From an uncultured Methanosarcinales archaeon (GTDB lineage: Archaea > Nanobdellota > Nanobdellia > Woesearchaeales > JACPBV01), in NCBI GenBank assembly GCA_964577685.1, contig CAZNZT010000006.1, forward strand, positions 1 through 39,319: 39,319 bases of DNA. Direction: 5' to 3'. Shown here one piece after another: positions 1 through 11,000 of the stretch. Made by a program: the position numbers and the translations under genes. The first letter of the stretch is position 1; the number at the start of each line of letters is the position of its first letter. A model generated the notes under the pieces. The model saw nothing but the letters and a program-made list of their open reading frames with translations. It was not told the DNA's origin and did no database searches.

Positions 1-53
1 GATTAATGCTATTCCTTGTGAATTGTATACTTAATAACTTTACTTTACAAAAC

Positions 54-70
54 AAAAATATTTATAAAAG
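54..70 (+). promoter_or_regulatory. BRE/TATA promoter of the tRNA-Ile/tRNA-Glu pair
   Basis: AAAAATA-TTTATAAAAG about 30 nt upstream of the tRNA-Ile 5' end at 97. Confidence 0.6.
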
Positions 71-96
71 GGTTCGTTTCTCTTTTAAGCCGAAAT

Positions 97-198
97 GGGT
101 CTGTAGCTCAGCCTGGTTAGAGCGACGGTCTTATATGTCCACGCTCTAAGCATAACTAAGAGAGCCGTAGGTCTGGGGTTCAAATCCCTACAGACCCA
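97..198 (+). tRNA. tRNA-Ile(UAU) with 27-nt intron at 37/38 (136-162)
   Basis: Acceptor stem GGGTCTG/CAGACCC with discriminator A. D arm GCTC/GAGC. Anticodon stem ACGGT/GCCGT, loop CT-TAT-A^A. T arm TGGGG-TTCAAAT-CCCTA. BHB: helix CTTA(130-133)/TAAG(157-160), bulges TA^T and AG^A. Confidence 0.92.
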
Positions 199-200
199 CT

Positions 201-305
201 GCCCCCATGGTGTAGTCCGGTCATAATGCAAGTGAAAACTTGATTACTGGAGAATCATTTCGGCTTTTCGAGCCGAAGACGTGGGTTCAAATCCCGCTGG
301 GGGCA
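201..305 (+). tRNA. tRNA-Glu(UUC) with ~30-nt non-canonical D-loop intron (about 223-252)
   Basis: Acceptor GCCCCCA/TGGGGGC. Anticodon stem TCGGC/GCCGA, loop TT-TTC-GA. T loop TTCAAAT. Removing 223-252 restores the archaeal Glu D-region TGGTGTAGTCCGGTCAATCAT. BHB-like helix CCGG(217-220)/CTGG(247-250) with bulges TC^A and AG^A. Confidence 0.9.
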
Positions 306-347
306 TTAACATTTTTATATGAAAAGAATTCTAAGGTATAATAAAGC

Positions 348-454
348 GCCAGGATGGCGGAGTCTGGTTTAACGCGTTCGCCTCGAGACTTTAGGTAAAA
401 AGAAAGAAAGCGAATGTCCGCAAGGACACGCAGGTTCAAATCCTGCTCCTGGCG
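348..454 (+). tRNA. tRNA-Ser(CGA) with ~21-nt anticodon-loop intron (about 388-408)
   Basis: Acceptor GCCAGGA/TCCTGGC with discriminator G. Anticodon stem TTCGC/GCGAA, loop CT-CGA-G^A. Long variable arm TGTCC-GCAA-GGACA. T arm GCAGG-TTCAAAT-CCTGC. The splice motif is imperfect. Confidence 0.88.
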
Positions 455-535
455 TCTTACTTAAAAACCACGAGTAAGCAAAAATTTATATACCTAAAAT
501 AAAAAATAAACAAATAATCAAAGAGAGCGTATAAA

Positions 536-1315
536 ATGAAAGGGAAAAAAGGGGTGATAGGTAAACATACAGAGAAAAACAAAGAAATAAAGGAATTAAA
601 TTTTTCAAAAAAGAAAAAAAAAGAAAAGAAAGAGCTTCTCAAGAGGATTGAAGAGGAAGAAAAAAAAGAGATTGAAAACATCTTCAGAAGGATTAAAGAA
701 GAAGAAAAAAAGAAAGCTGCCAAACTTGAGGAAGAGAGTATTGAGAGAATAAAAGCGATAAGACTGAAAGAAAGGATAAGAAAAATAAGACAAGAAGAAA
801 AAGAAATTATAAAAAAAATAAAAAGAAAAAGAAGAAAAGAAGCTTATAGCAAAATTAAAAACTCATTCTCTTCATTCTTTCATAAAGTAGGACTTATAAA
901 AACAGAAGAAGAGAAAAGAAGAAAAGAAAAACTAAAACAGAAGAGGATTAAAGAGAAAGAAACAAAAAAAATAGAAAAAGAAAGATTAAGAAGAAAAAGG
1001 ATTGAAGAAAAATTAAAGATAAAGGAACTCAAAAAATTAGAAAAAGAAAGATTAAAAGAACTAAGAAAAAGAAAAAAAGAAGCAAAAAGAAAATACAGGG
1101 AAACAATATCCGAAAAGAATAAGGAAATAGACACAATAAAAAAACTTGAAAGAATTCTAACTACAATAGAAAAAGACCTTCTAAGAGGAAATACAACTAA
1201 GTTAAAATACCATTACTCTACACTTAAAGCAATCTACCAAGATATACCAGAAGCACTAGAAAAAGAATACCACAGGCTACTAGAAGATATCTACGCTATA
1301 ATCCTAAGCAAATAA
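536..1315 (+). CDS. Hypothetical Lys/Glu/Arg-rich coiled-coil protein
   Basis: 259-aa ORF preceded by AAAATTTATATA (481-492). Highly charged low-complexity body with a more complex helical C-terminus. Confidence 0.7.
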   Translation: MKGKKGVIGKHTEKNKEIKELNFSKKKKKEKKELLKRIEEEEKKEIENIFRRIKEEEKKKAAKLEEESIERIKAIRLKERIRKIRQEEKEIIKKIKRKRRKEAYSKIKNSFSSFFHKVGLIKTEEEKRRKEKLKQKRIKEKETKKIEKERLRRKRIEEKLKIKELKKLEKERLKELRKRKKEAKRKYRETISEKNKEIDTIKKLERILTTIEKDLLRGNTTKLKYHYSTLKAIYQDIPEALEKEYHRLLEDIYAIILSK

Positions 1316-1326
1316 TAATTCTTTTA

Positions 1327-1507
1327 TTACATATTAAGATAAAATTATTACATATTAAGTAATAAATCCATTCTCATATTACATATTAAGTAAAATAACA
1401 AACTAAAAAAGAAAGATTTATATATAAAAATATTACATATTAGGAAAATAAGCCTGCACATAAATATTTTTATTACATAATAGGTAATTTTATTACATAT
1501 TAGGTAA
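1327..1507. promoter_or_regulatory. Six 15-bp operator-like boxes (consensus TTACATATTARGTAA) around the TATA box of the HTH/giant-protein operon
   Basis: Copies start at 1327, 1348, 1379, 1433, 1473 and 1493. Quasi-palindrome TTAC-N7-GTAA. GAAAGATTTATATA at 1411-1424. Confidence 0.75.
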
Positions 1508-1512
1508 AAATT

Positions 1513-2067
1513 ATGAAAAAGGGTGAAAAAAGACAGAAGACACAGAATTCTAAGCTAGAAAAAAAGCTCTCCCCTAAACACTACAAATTAATAACCCATC
1601 TAAAAAAAGAGTTTGAAAAAATAAAAAAGAAAACAGGTTTTTCTGATACCACCCTAATAAGACTCGTATCCGAACCATTAGAACAAGAAATACGATTACC
1701 AATCAGCATATTCTCTACAGAATTAAGCCCTCTTGAGTCAGTTGTAAAGTTTCTAAGAGAAAACAAAAACATGAGTCTCCATAAAATTGCAAAAACACTA
1801 AACAGGGATGATTCCACAATCTGGACAACATACAATAACTCAAAAAGAAAATTTCCAAAAGAACTTCCATTCTATGGGGAATTAATACCCCTAAACCAGA
1901 TTAACAACAGAGAACTAAGCATACTAGAAAGCCTTGTCTCATATCTCAAACAGATTCATTCCTGCAAAGAAATTGCATCACTGCTAAACAGAAAAGAACA
2001 AACAATCTGGACAGCATACAGAAGGGCAAAACAAAAAAATGCAAAAACATACAAAAAAGCTGCTTAG
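1513..2067 (+). CDS. Tandem helix-turn-helix DNA-binding protein (paralog of 22511-22999)
   Basis: Two repeats of LS.LES.V.(F/Y)L...S...IA..LNR...TIWT.Y...K.K. Confidence 0.8.
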   Translation: MKKGEKRQKTQNSKLEKKLSPKHYKLITHLKKEFEKIKKKTGFSDTTLIRLVSEPLEQEIRLPISIFSTELSPLESVVKFLRENKNMSLHKIAKTLNRDDSTIWTTYNNSKRKFPKELPFYGELIPLNQINNRELSILESLVSYLKQIHSCKEIASLLNRKEQTIWTAYRRAKQKNAKTYKKAA

Positions 2068-5000
2068 AAAAGAAGGAAAAAGGAATATAAGATTTTGGAA
2101 ATCAATAAAGAGAGAGTTACAAAAAGATATAAAACTAAAAGAAAAACAGCTTAGGTATGGTGCTATAAAAAGAAAGGATTTTCAAAACTTTTTAAGAGAA
2201 GAAATAAATGGAAGAAGCAGAAAAGAATGGATTGAGGTATGTAATCAAAACATAAAATCAAATACTCAATTGGTTAGGACGCTTGGGCCAGACCTTAGAC
2301 CTCCAATATACATTTCTCTTGTTTTATCAGTCTTCCTAATAATAACCATAACGATACTTAACAACATAACCTTTGTAGGATATGTAACAAAGACTGAACA
2401 GCACAAATATACAGATGAGCTCAACATTGAGTTTTCTAAATCAGGAGAATACTATTGGATACCAAAAAACAAAGGAACTATAACAAGTATGTGTATTAGT
2501 GGTGAAGTAAGTCCAGAAGGCAGTGTCAAAGTTTATCTGGTAACCAATAAAACATACCTAATATTCAATAACAAAAAACCAACAGAAGAAGAAAAAATAC
2601 CAATCGGGCTTGTTATATCAGAATTAAACATCTCTACAGAGGATAATATTACAGAAAAATCCAACACGACAAGAGAAATAGAACTAAATCTAAATCAAAA
2701 AGAAACAACAACACCCAAAATAAAAGCAATTGAAGTAAAAACAAAATTCAACTGGAATGCCAGCCAAAACAATCTTTGTACAAAGTTTGAAATCTACTCT
2801 AAAGAAAAGCAGAATACAAATATTGTGTGTCAGGGAAGTGAATATTGTTGTAAATTTATAGAACTTAAACCAATCTCAGATAAATGGAACAACACATTCT
2901 ATCTAAACTACGGAAGATATGGAACCACCTTTAACAACATAATCAGTGCCAAAATAATCTTTGTCAATTATAGCCTAAACCCAGAAAACCCATTCATAGA
3001 TATCATAACCAGCAATATTGAAAAATTGAATATAACATTCCAAAAAGAAACCATAAAATTCAGAGAAGAATGTATGGAAACATGGAACCTACCAAAGCTA
3101 GATGAAACAACATATAAGATAATATTTGAGATTAACAATAGCAGAATTAAGATAAAAAATATAACATACACGATAGAGAAAGAAACTACAAAGAAAGACA
3201 TTCCGCCAGAGCTGATTAAAGAGATACCAGATATAACAATAGAAAAGAATAGAGAATATGGATTAGACCTCAAAGAATATTTCAAAGACAGAGACAACGA
3301 TTCATTATCCTATTGGTATAATCCAATGGAGAACGCAGAGATAATCTTTAATAAAGATATTGCAACAATCATACCAAAAGAGAATTTCACAGGCACAGAA
3401 TACACATTCATCAGAGCAAACGATTCATTCTTTTTTGCTGTATCAAATGTCTTTAAAATAGAAATCACAGAAAAAGGCACTGATGTAACTAAAGCAAATA
3501 TATCCGAGAAACTAATAAAACCAAAAATTATAATCAACAAACCTGTAAAATGGGTTAAAATAATCAATGTTTCTACCAAAGTCATTAATCTAACTGTAAA
3601 CATAAGCAATAATGCCTTAAATGTAAGTGTAAAAGAGATAGGAATTGTAAACAAAACAATTGACAAAGAAAAAATCAAGGTAAATGACAAAGGAGAACTG
3701 AAGGACTTAATTGTGTTTGAATCAGAAAAAAGGATAAAACAAATAGAAAAAATAGAAGACAGGTTAAAAAAGAAAAAGAAAGAATATCAACTAGATAACA
3801 TCAAGCTAAAAGAAATAAATAAAAAACTTGTTAAATTAAAGAACGAAAAAAATAAACTAACAGGGTATGTCATTGCTCCCAAGAAAAGAAGTAGCTTATT
3901 TTCCTTGTTTGGCAAATGGTTTGAGAAGATAACAGGATTAAGCATATTAGAAAAAACTGAAAATAAAACAAACACAACATCAGTAATCATAGAAGACATA
4001 GTTGATTATGTTGCCATAGAATATTACACAGAAGCCCCAATTTCTGAAGAAGAAAACATAACAAACGGCAAGAGGATTACTATCTACTCTGATGTTCATT
4101 ATGAGAACATTACAGCATATACTTACATAAATGATACACCAAGAAACAAGATTAGGCTTTACCAGATAACAAACGGAACAAGAACAAGGGTAAAGGACAT
4201 TAACTATTATGATAAAAACAATAATGGCCTAATTGACTATATTGAATGGATTGTTCCTCATCTTAGCAATCAAACTTATGAGTTGATTATAGAGATTAGT
4301 AAAGCAGAGCATTTAGATGAGAACAGGACTTTTATAGAAGATGTTTATGATTATGTTAAAAGTAGAGATAATAACTACACATTAATACCTTCTGGACATT
4401 ATTTAAGAGTTACTTTTTATAAAAATTTAACATCAGACAGGGACATAACAATATATGCTCGTTCAAATGAAACAGCAAGCATTGAGGTTTATGTAAGGGA
4501 TGGTAATGAAACTATAGCAAGGTTTGAAAATATAAATAAGGAAGGCTGGTATAAAGTTTATCTCACTAACTTAACCCATGAACAAGATACATTTGATTTG
4601 AAGGTTTTGGGCGGGGTAGAGATTGATTATGTGGTTGATCCTTCTGTAATATCAACCTCAACAACAACAAATGCCCTATGGACAACAAAAACCCACTCAC
4701 TTCACTATGCCAATGGTTATTACTGGATTGTTTTCCATAATGGGAATGATGTCGTTATTTATTCTTCCATTGATGGCACAAGCTGGACAAGCCAGGGAGT
4801 AGTATCAAGTTTAATTGATACAGAACAAAGCTGGGCAGTTGCTTTTGATAATACAGACATTATTGTATCAATAGGAGATAATAGTGCTAACTTAATATAC
4901 TATAGACACGGAACTCTAAATAATGATGGAACAGTAAGTTGGGGAAGCGAGCAACAGGTTGATTGTGATGGGTCTGCTGATCAGTATAATTTTGCAGAAA

Positions 5001-8000
5001 TTTCTGGGAGTAAACCCCTTATAGGAGGATTACATGGTTACAATAATGTAGCTCCGAGAGTATATGTAGGAAGCAGTATAACTGATTCTCCTTCTTTCAG
5101 CGAAGAAACACCATCAGCACCCCCATCTGCTCCTCCTTATACTTCCTCACCAGCAAGAAGTCCAACAATAATAAAAAGCGGAGATAGTGATGGAGACTTT
5201 TCTGTTTTTGCTGGTTTTGTTCATACAGGCAGGAGCGATAGTAAAGATATCCAAATAAATACTTATGATGCTTCAACAGACAGCTGGGAAGGCTGGGAAA
5301 CTATTGTAGACGACGATTTAAAAAACATTCACCCGCCTTATAAAACCTATGATGTAGCGAGAGATAACTCTGGAAATTTACACTTACTTTATATTGATTT
5401 AAGTGGAAACATAAACCACAAAAAAGGCACAGCCGCAACTCCTCCTGTATGGTCAACAATAAGTTCTGATGTTACTGGTTTAACTTCTCACACAATGTTA
5501 AGTGTTACAAGCGATAACAGTGGCAATATTTATTTATTTTATGACAAAGGGGATAACGGAATTTATTATAGGATATATGATGGAAGCAACTGGGGAAATG
5601 AAAATGTTCTGAAGGGAGCAGATAGTAACACTCTTCAATCAATAACAACAAGCAGAACTGTTGATAGTAATGGTGAGGTATTAGTAGCATGGGTTGAAGG
5701 TTCCTCTTCTCCTTACAATATCAGGTTTGGTAAAGCACATTACTTTAGTTCAAAACCTACTGTGAGAGTAGTATCCTATGGAACCTTGCCTGGAGGCGGA
5801 ACACCATATGTAACAGAAAACGCTATTGTAAGAAACTCAAAAGGTCACATTGCTGTCTTTTATCATAAGTATGGACAAATATGGGCTGCTTATTACAATG
5901 GGAGTGGCTTACCAACGAGCGAGAATGATTGGTATCATATCAAGCTGATAGGAAACACTTCTGATACAGACGGGATTATAGCAAATGTCGGTTTATTTAG
6001 TTATCATCATGATGTTTTTATTAGGAATGATATTTTACATTTTGCTTGGAATAAAAGAGAGAGAAAAGCGGCATATTCTTGGTGCAATGTAAGCGATGAT
6101 ATGTCAGCAATTGCCACAACTTCAAACTGGAAAAAAGCAGACGGGACACAGGGTTACGATACGCTTCCAAATAGTCTTGAGCCTGGTTTTGTATCAGCAA
6201 ACTCAAATAATAACCCGATAGTCATTTCCACAATATACAATAGAATTACGAGGTGGAATGGTACCGATTGGGACAGCTATTATAGCTTATGTCCTGGTTC
6301 TTATAATTATGGTAGTATTGTAGTTGATGGAAATGATATGGTTCATGTGGCTTGTGAAATGGGTGGAGACATTTATTATTTCAACACTACATGGGAAAAT
6401 GCAAAAAGTTCATCTGGTTGGGGAAGTGGAACCATCATTTGCAATAAATCACAAAATTTTGGTATGGGCATTATAAGTGTCGGCAAAAACAATAATGTTT
6501 ATGTTTTATGTGACGGAGGTGGAAATTATTTAGATACAGTTAATTGGAAAAATGTTTCTGGTTGGCAGGAAGGGACTGATGACAACTCCGGACATGACCT
6601 AATCGTTGATTTTATTAGGAGTAATGGCGGTTTATGGGGAGCGACTCCTGATGGTTATATTATAATTCTTGGAAGTCAGCATACAGGAGTAGCAAGACAA
6701 TATAACAATAGGGAAACACCGCCATTTAGAACTTTAAATTATTATTATGGAGACCCTGAAGATGGTTTTGATTCCCCACATTGTATTGAAAGATTCCAAT
6801 CTTGTGACTCCGATGAGTTATTATGGGTTGCTTCTAATGGTTCTGGGGTTTATTTATTCAAGTTTGAGACCTCTACAGGAAATGCCTGGTGGTGCTCTCC
6901 TGATACAAGTCCACCCAATATAACAGCAATAGCACCAGCAGATGAGTATATAGATACTGACGGAAATATAACTTTCAAGTATAATACAACTGATGATAGA
7001 GATATAGACAACTGTAGTTTAGTCATAAACAACAAGATAAACAAGACAGATAAAACTATAACAAAAGACATGACACAAACACTTAATATAGTCCTCACCG
7101 CAGGACGCTACACTTGGCAAATAAATTGTAGTGACGGTGCCGGAAATGAAAACTCAAGTTTAGCGCGCACAATCACCATAATAAAGCTCACTGGATTTAA
7201 CGGCACTAACTTATCAAATGCGAATATCTCCAATATAACAAATTTCTACATAGAAAAACCAAATACTGCAAAAATTAATTTTACAGACTCAATAGATTTA
7301 TCAAGTGGTGCTGATATAGACACTTATGTAAATATAACCCATAACTATGTAGAAATCAATTCTTCGGCCCTGCCTCAACTCAATAAATCAGCTACAATAG
7401 AGTTTTATGGTTTAACTTACTTACAAACTCCAATAATTTTAAGAAATGGTGAAGTTTGCACTTCAGATATATGCAAGATAAATAGTTATAATTCTGGAAA
7501 TCTTTCCTTTAATGTAAGTTCCTTTACTTCATATTCTTCTTCATCCAACTCTAACTTAACAATTTGGGACGATACTGATTCCACGGATAAATATACAGAT
7601 GAAAAGATATATTTCTATGCTAACTATACAAATCTTACTTCAGGAAAAAGCATAAATGGGACTGGAGTTTATTGTAACATAAGTTTTGATGTTACCCCTT
7701 ATGGACCTTTTGAAATGATATTTAATTCAACATCTCTTTTATACGAGTATAATAGAAGCTTTAGTTCTGGAGGAATATTTAATTGGAATGTTAGTTGTAA
7801 TGGTTCATCTTTAGGATATGAACCTTTAAATGCCAGCGATGATATTGAAATTTTCTCTCAATCACAAAATATAGACTCATGCCAGGAGTTGAATCAAGCT
7901 AATACTATTTATACTTTAACTCAAAATGTTTCAACTACAGGAACATGCTTCAATATCACAGCCTATAATGTAACCCTTGATTGTCAAGGTCATTGGATAA

Positions 8001-11000
8001 ATTACTCTTATGACGGGGGAAATTATGAATATGGAGTTTATTCAGACCAAAACTATACTATAATCAAAAACTGCAATATAGTAGAAGGATTAACTTTAGG
8101 AGATTATGATTTTGCCATATACTTTGATGGTGCTAATAATGGTATAGTTGAAAATAATACAATTATAACTTTAGGAAATATTGGTCATGGGGTTTATCTT
8201 AATTCAAATTCAAATAACAATAACATAAATAATAACAACATTATAACATTTGGGTGTACGGGTTATGGGATTGACTTTGATTCAAATTCAAATAACAATA
8301 ACATAAATAATAACACAATTACAACTTCAGGATATTGGGGTTACGGAATCCGGCTTTCTTCAAGCTCAAACTCCAACATAAACAACAACACAATTACAAC
8401 TTCAGGAAGCTCTGCTGAGGGAATTTATCTTTTTTCAAGTTCAAATTCTAACATAAACAACAACACAATTACAACTTCAGGATATTGGGGTTACGGAATC
8501 CATCTTTATTCAAGCTCAAACAACACCTTAAATACTAATACAATCACAACTTCAGGATATGGTGGTCATGGGATTTTGCTTTATTCAAACTCAGACAACA
8601 ACAATTTAAACAACAACACAATCACAACTTCTGGAGATTTTGGTTATGGAATCTATCTTCGTTCAAGTTCAAACAACAGCTTCAATAATAATACAATCAC
8701 AACTTCAGGAAGCTCTGCTGAGGGAATTTATCTTTCTTCACATTCAGACAACAACAATTTAAACAACAACACAATCACAACTTCAGGAAGTTCTAGGTTT
8801 GGAATTGATTCTAGTTTTGGAATTTATCTTGCCTTAAGCTCAAACAACACTTTAACAAATAATTCGTTTGAAACCTCGGCAATGAGTTTAGTTGTTAGTG
8901 GAAGTTCTTCATCTTACTATAATCATAACATAGATGAAAGCAATTTAGCAAAAGGAAAACCAATTAAATACTACTTTAATATTTCAAACCAGCTTATAGA
9001 AAATAACAATAGCTGGGGAGAACTTCTTGTAACAGCCTCTAATAATGTAACAATAAAAAATATAACTTTGAATGTTTCAGGAATCTTACTTGGATTAACA
9101 CAAAATTCAACAATAGCAGAGTGTGATATTAATGTTTCTGGTTATGGTATTTACTTCTATTGGACTTCTAACCTAAATGTAGAGAATAATACAATTACAA
9201 CCTTGGAGGATTATTCATACGGCTTATATTTAGATAGTGAGGTAGATTATACTAATATAACACAAAACAACATAACAACTTATGGCAACAACAGTTATGG
9301 AATTTATTTTGGTGGTTTCAGTTGGAATAACACAATAAAGAGTAACAGAATAAAAATAAATAATGAATCAACCCCTGCTATACACATAGTAATAAGTGTT
9401 ATTAAAGACAACACCTTCTACGATAACATATTCAATATTACTTCAGGAGATTTTGTTTATTTTGGAGCAGTTTACAATAATACATGGAACACAACAAAGA
9501 CTGCAGGAACAAATATTATTGGTGGTAGTTATCTTGGAGGTAATTATTGGGGCTATCTAAATAATACAGGCTATTCCGATACATGCAATAATACAGACAA
9601 TGATGATTTCTGTGATGACCCACTTACCCTTGCTAATGATAACGTTGATTACTTGCCTCTAACCATACCAGACTACACCCCACCAACTATAACCCTAATA
9701 GCACCAGCAAACAACACGCTGAATACAACAACAAACACTATTGATTTCTACTATAATGTCACAGACCAAAATAATGTAGATAATTGTAGCCTGATTATAA
9801 ACAACAAGATAAACAAAACAGACACAAGCATAACTAAAGACACAACACAAAGTATAACAGTATTCCTAGAAAACGACAACTATAATTGGTCAATAAACTG
9901 TACTGATACATTTGGAAATACTGGAGAAAGTGAAACCAGAAATATAAGTATAAATGCACCAACAGATACACAAGCACCAACAATAAATTTAATCAGTCCT
10001 GCAAATAATACATTAAACGACTTACCAGGAGATATAGACTTCTATTATAATGTTAGTGACTTAAATGAAATAGTAAACTGTAGCTTAATTATAAACAACA
10101 AAATAAATAAAACAGCACAAACACCAGAAAGAGACACAACACAGAGCATAACAACAAATCTAATCTCTGGAAACTATAATTGGTCAATAAACTGTACCGA
10201 CATATTTGGGAACGAGAATTCAAGTGAGTGGAGGAATATAACAATAAACACAGCATTCATTAATGTAACCATGTGCAACGCAACCCTTGTCTCTGTCTTT
10301 ACAAAGGAAAGGTACAAAACAAGGGTAAACTACTCAGACACTTTAAGATTATTCAGCTTCAAGATACCCACCTACATCTATTGCAACATGACATTTGAAG
10401 CCTCTAATGATACCAATTATGGCTGCCTTAATGAAACAAATAATACAGCATTCACAGTAATGTTATATCAGGACCTGATAGTGACAGGAAATCTAACAAT
10501 AGAACCAGGTGTAACAATCAAGTTCAATGACTCTGATGATGAAATTATAGTAAAGGACTCTGGAAACATATTCGCAGATGGCAATAGCAGCTGCTTTATT
10601 ATATTCACTTCAAAGAATGACAATTCCTCTGGAGCAAAAATACCAACTGCCTCCAGAAATGCATCTGTCGGAGACTACAAAACTGCGATAAGAATTACCG
10701 GCTCAGCAGCTGTTAACTCAATTATCAACTTCACAAAGATATTCTATGCTGACACTGGCTTAAATATATCTGCCTCGCTAAGCAAAGAAGTAAGAAACAG
10801 CTGGTTTAACAATACAAACACAAGCATATTATTAAATGAAAACACATCAATATTCAATAACCTAATAACTAACTTCCTAAGATATGGTGTAAAAATAATA
10901 GGAGATATCTCTGGAAACTTATTCATAAAACAAAATACATTTGATAACCTCGGTTATGGTTATGGTTATGGAATTGCAAACAAGAATGATACAATAGGAA

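Noticed and set aside
457..1134. Phe/Ser/Leu-rich minus-strand ORFs
   Set aside because: Antisense shadows of the A-rich gene 536-1315. The same applies to the many short antisense ORFs inside other genes.
1327..1507. CRISPR array or replication origin
   Set aside because: Repeats are 15 bp with irregular 5-39-bp gaps, there are no cas genes and no orc1/cdc6 or G-string ORB, and the boxes straddle a TATA box.
7190..7550. GAIN/GPS-like autoproteolysis site in the domain ending FNVSSFTSY (and FNVTGFSDY near 16260)
   Set aside because: Both copies lack the catalytic His of the H-x-[S/T] motif.
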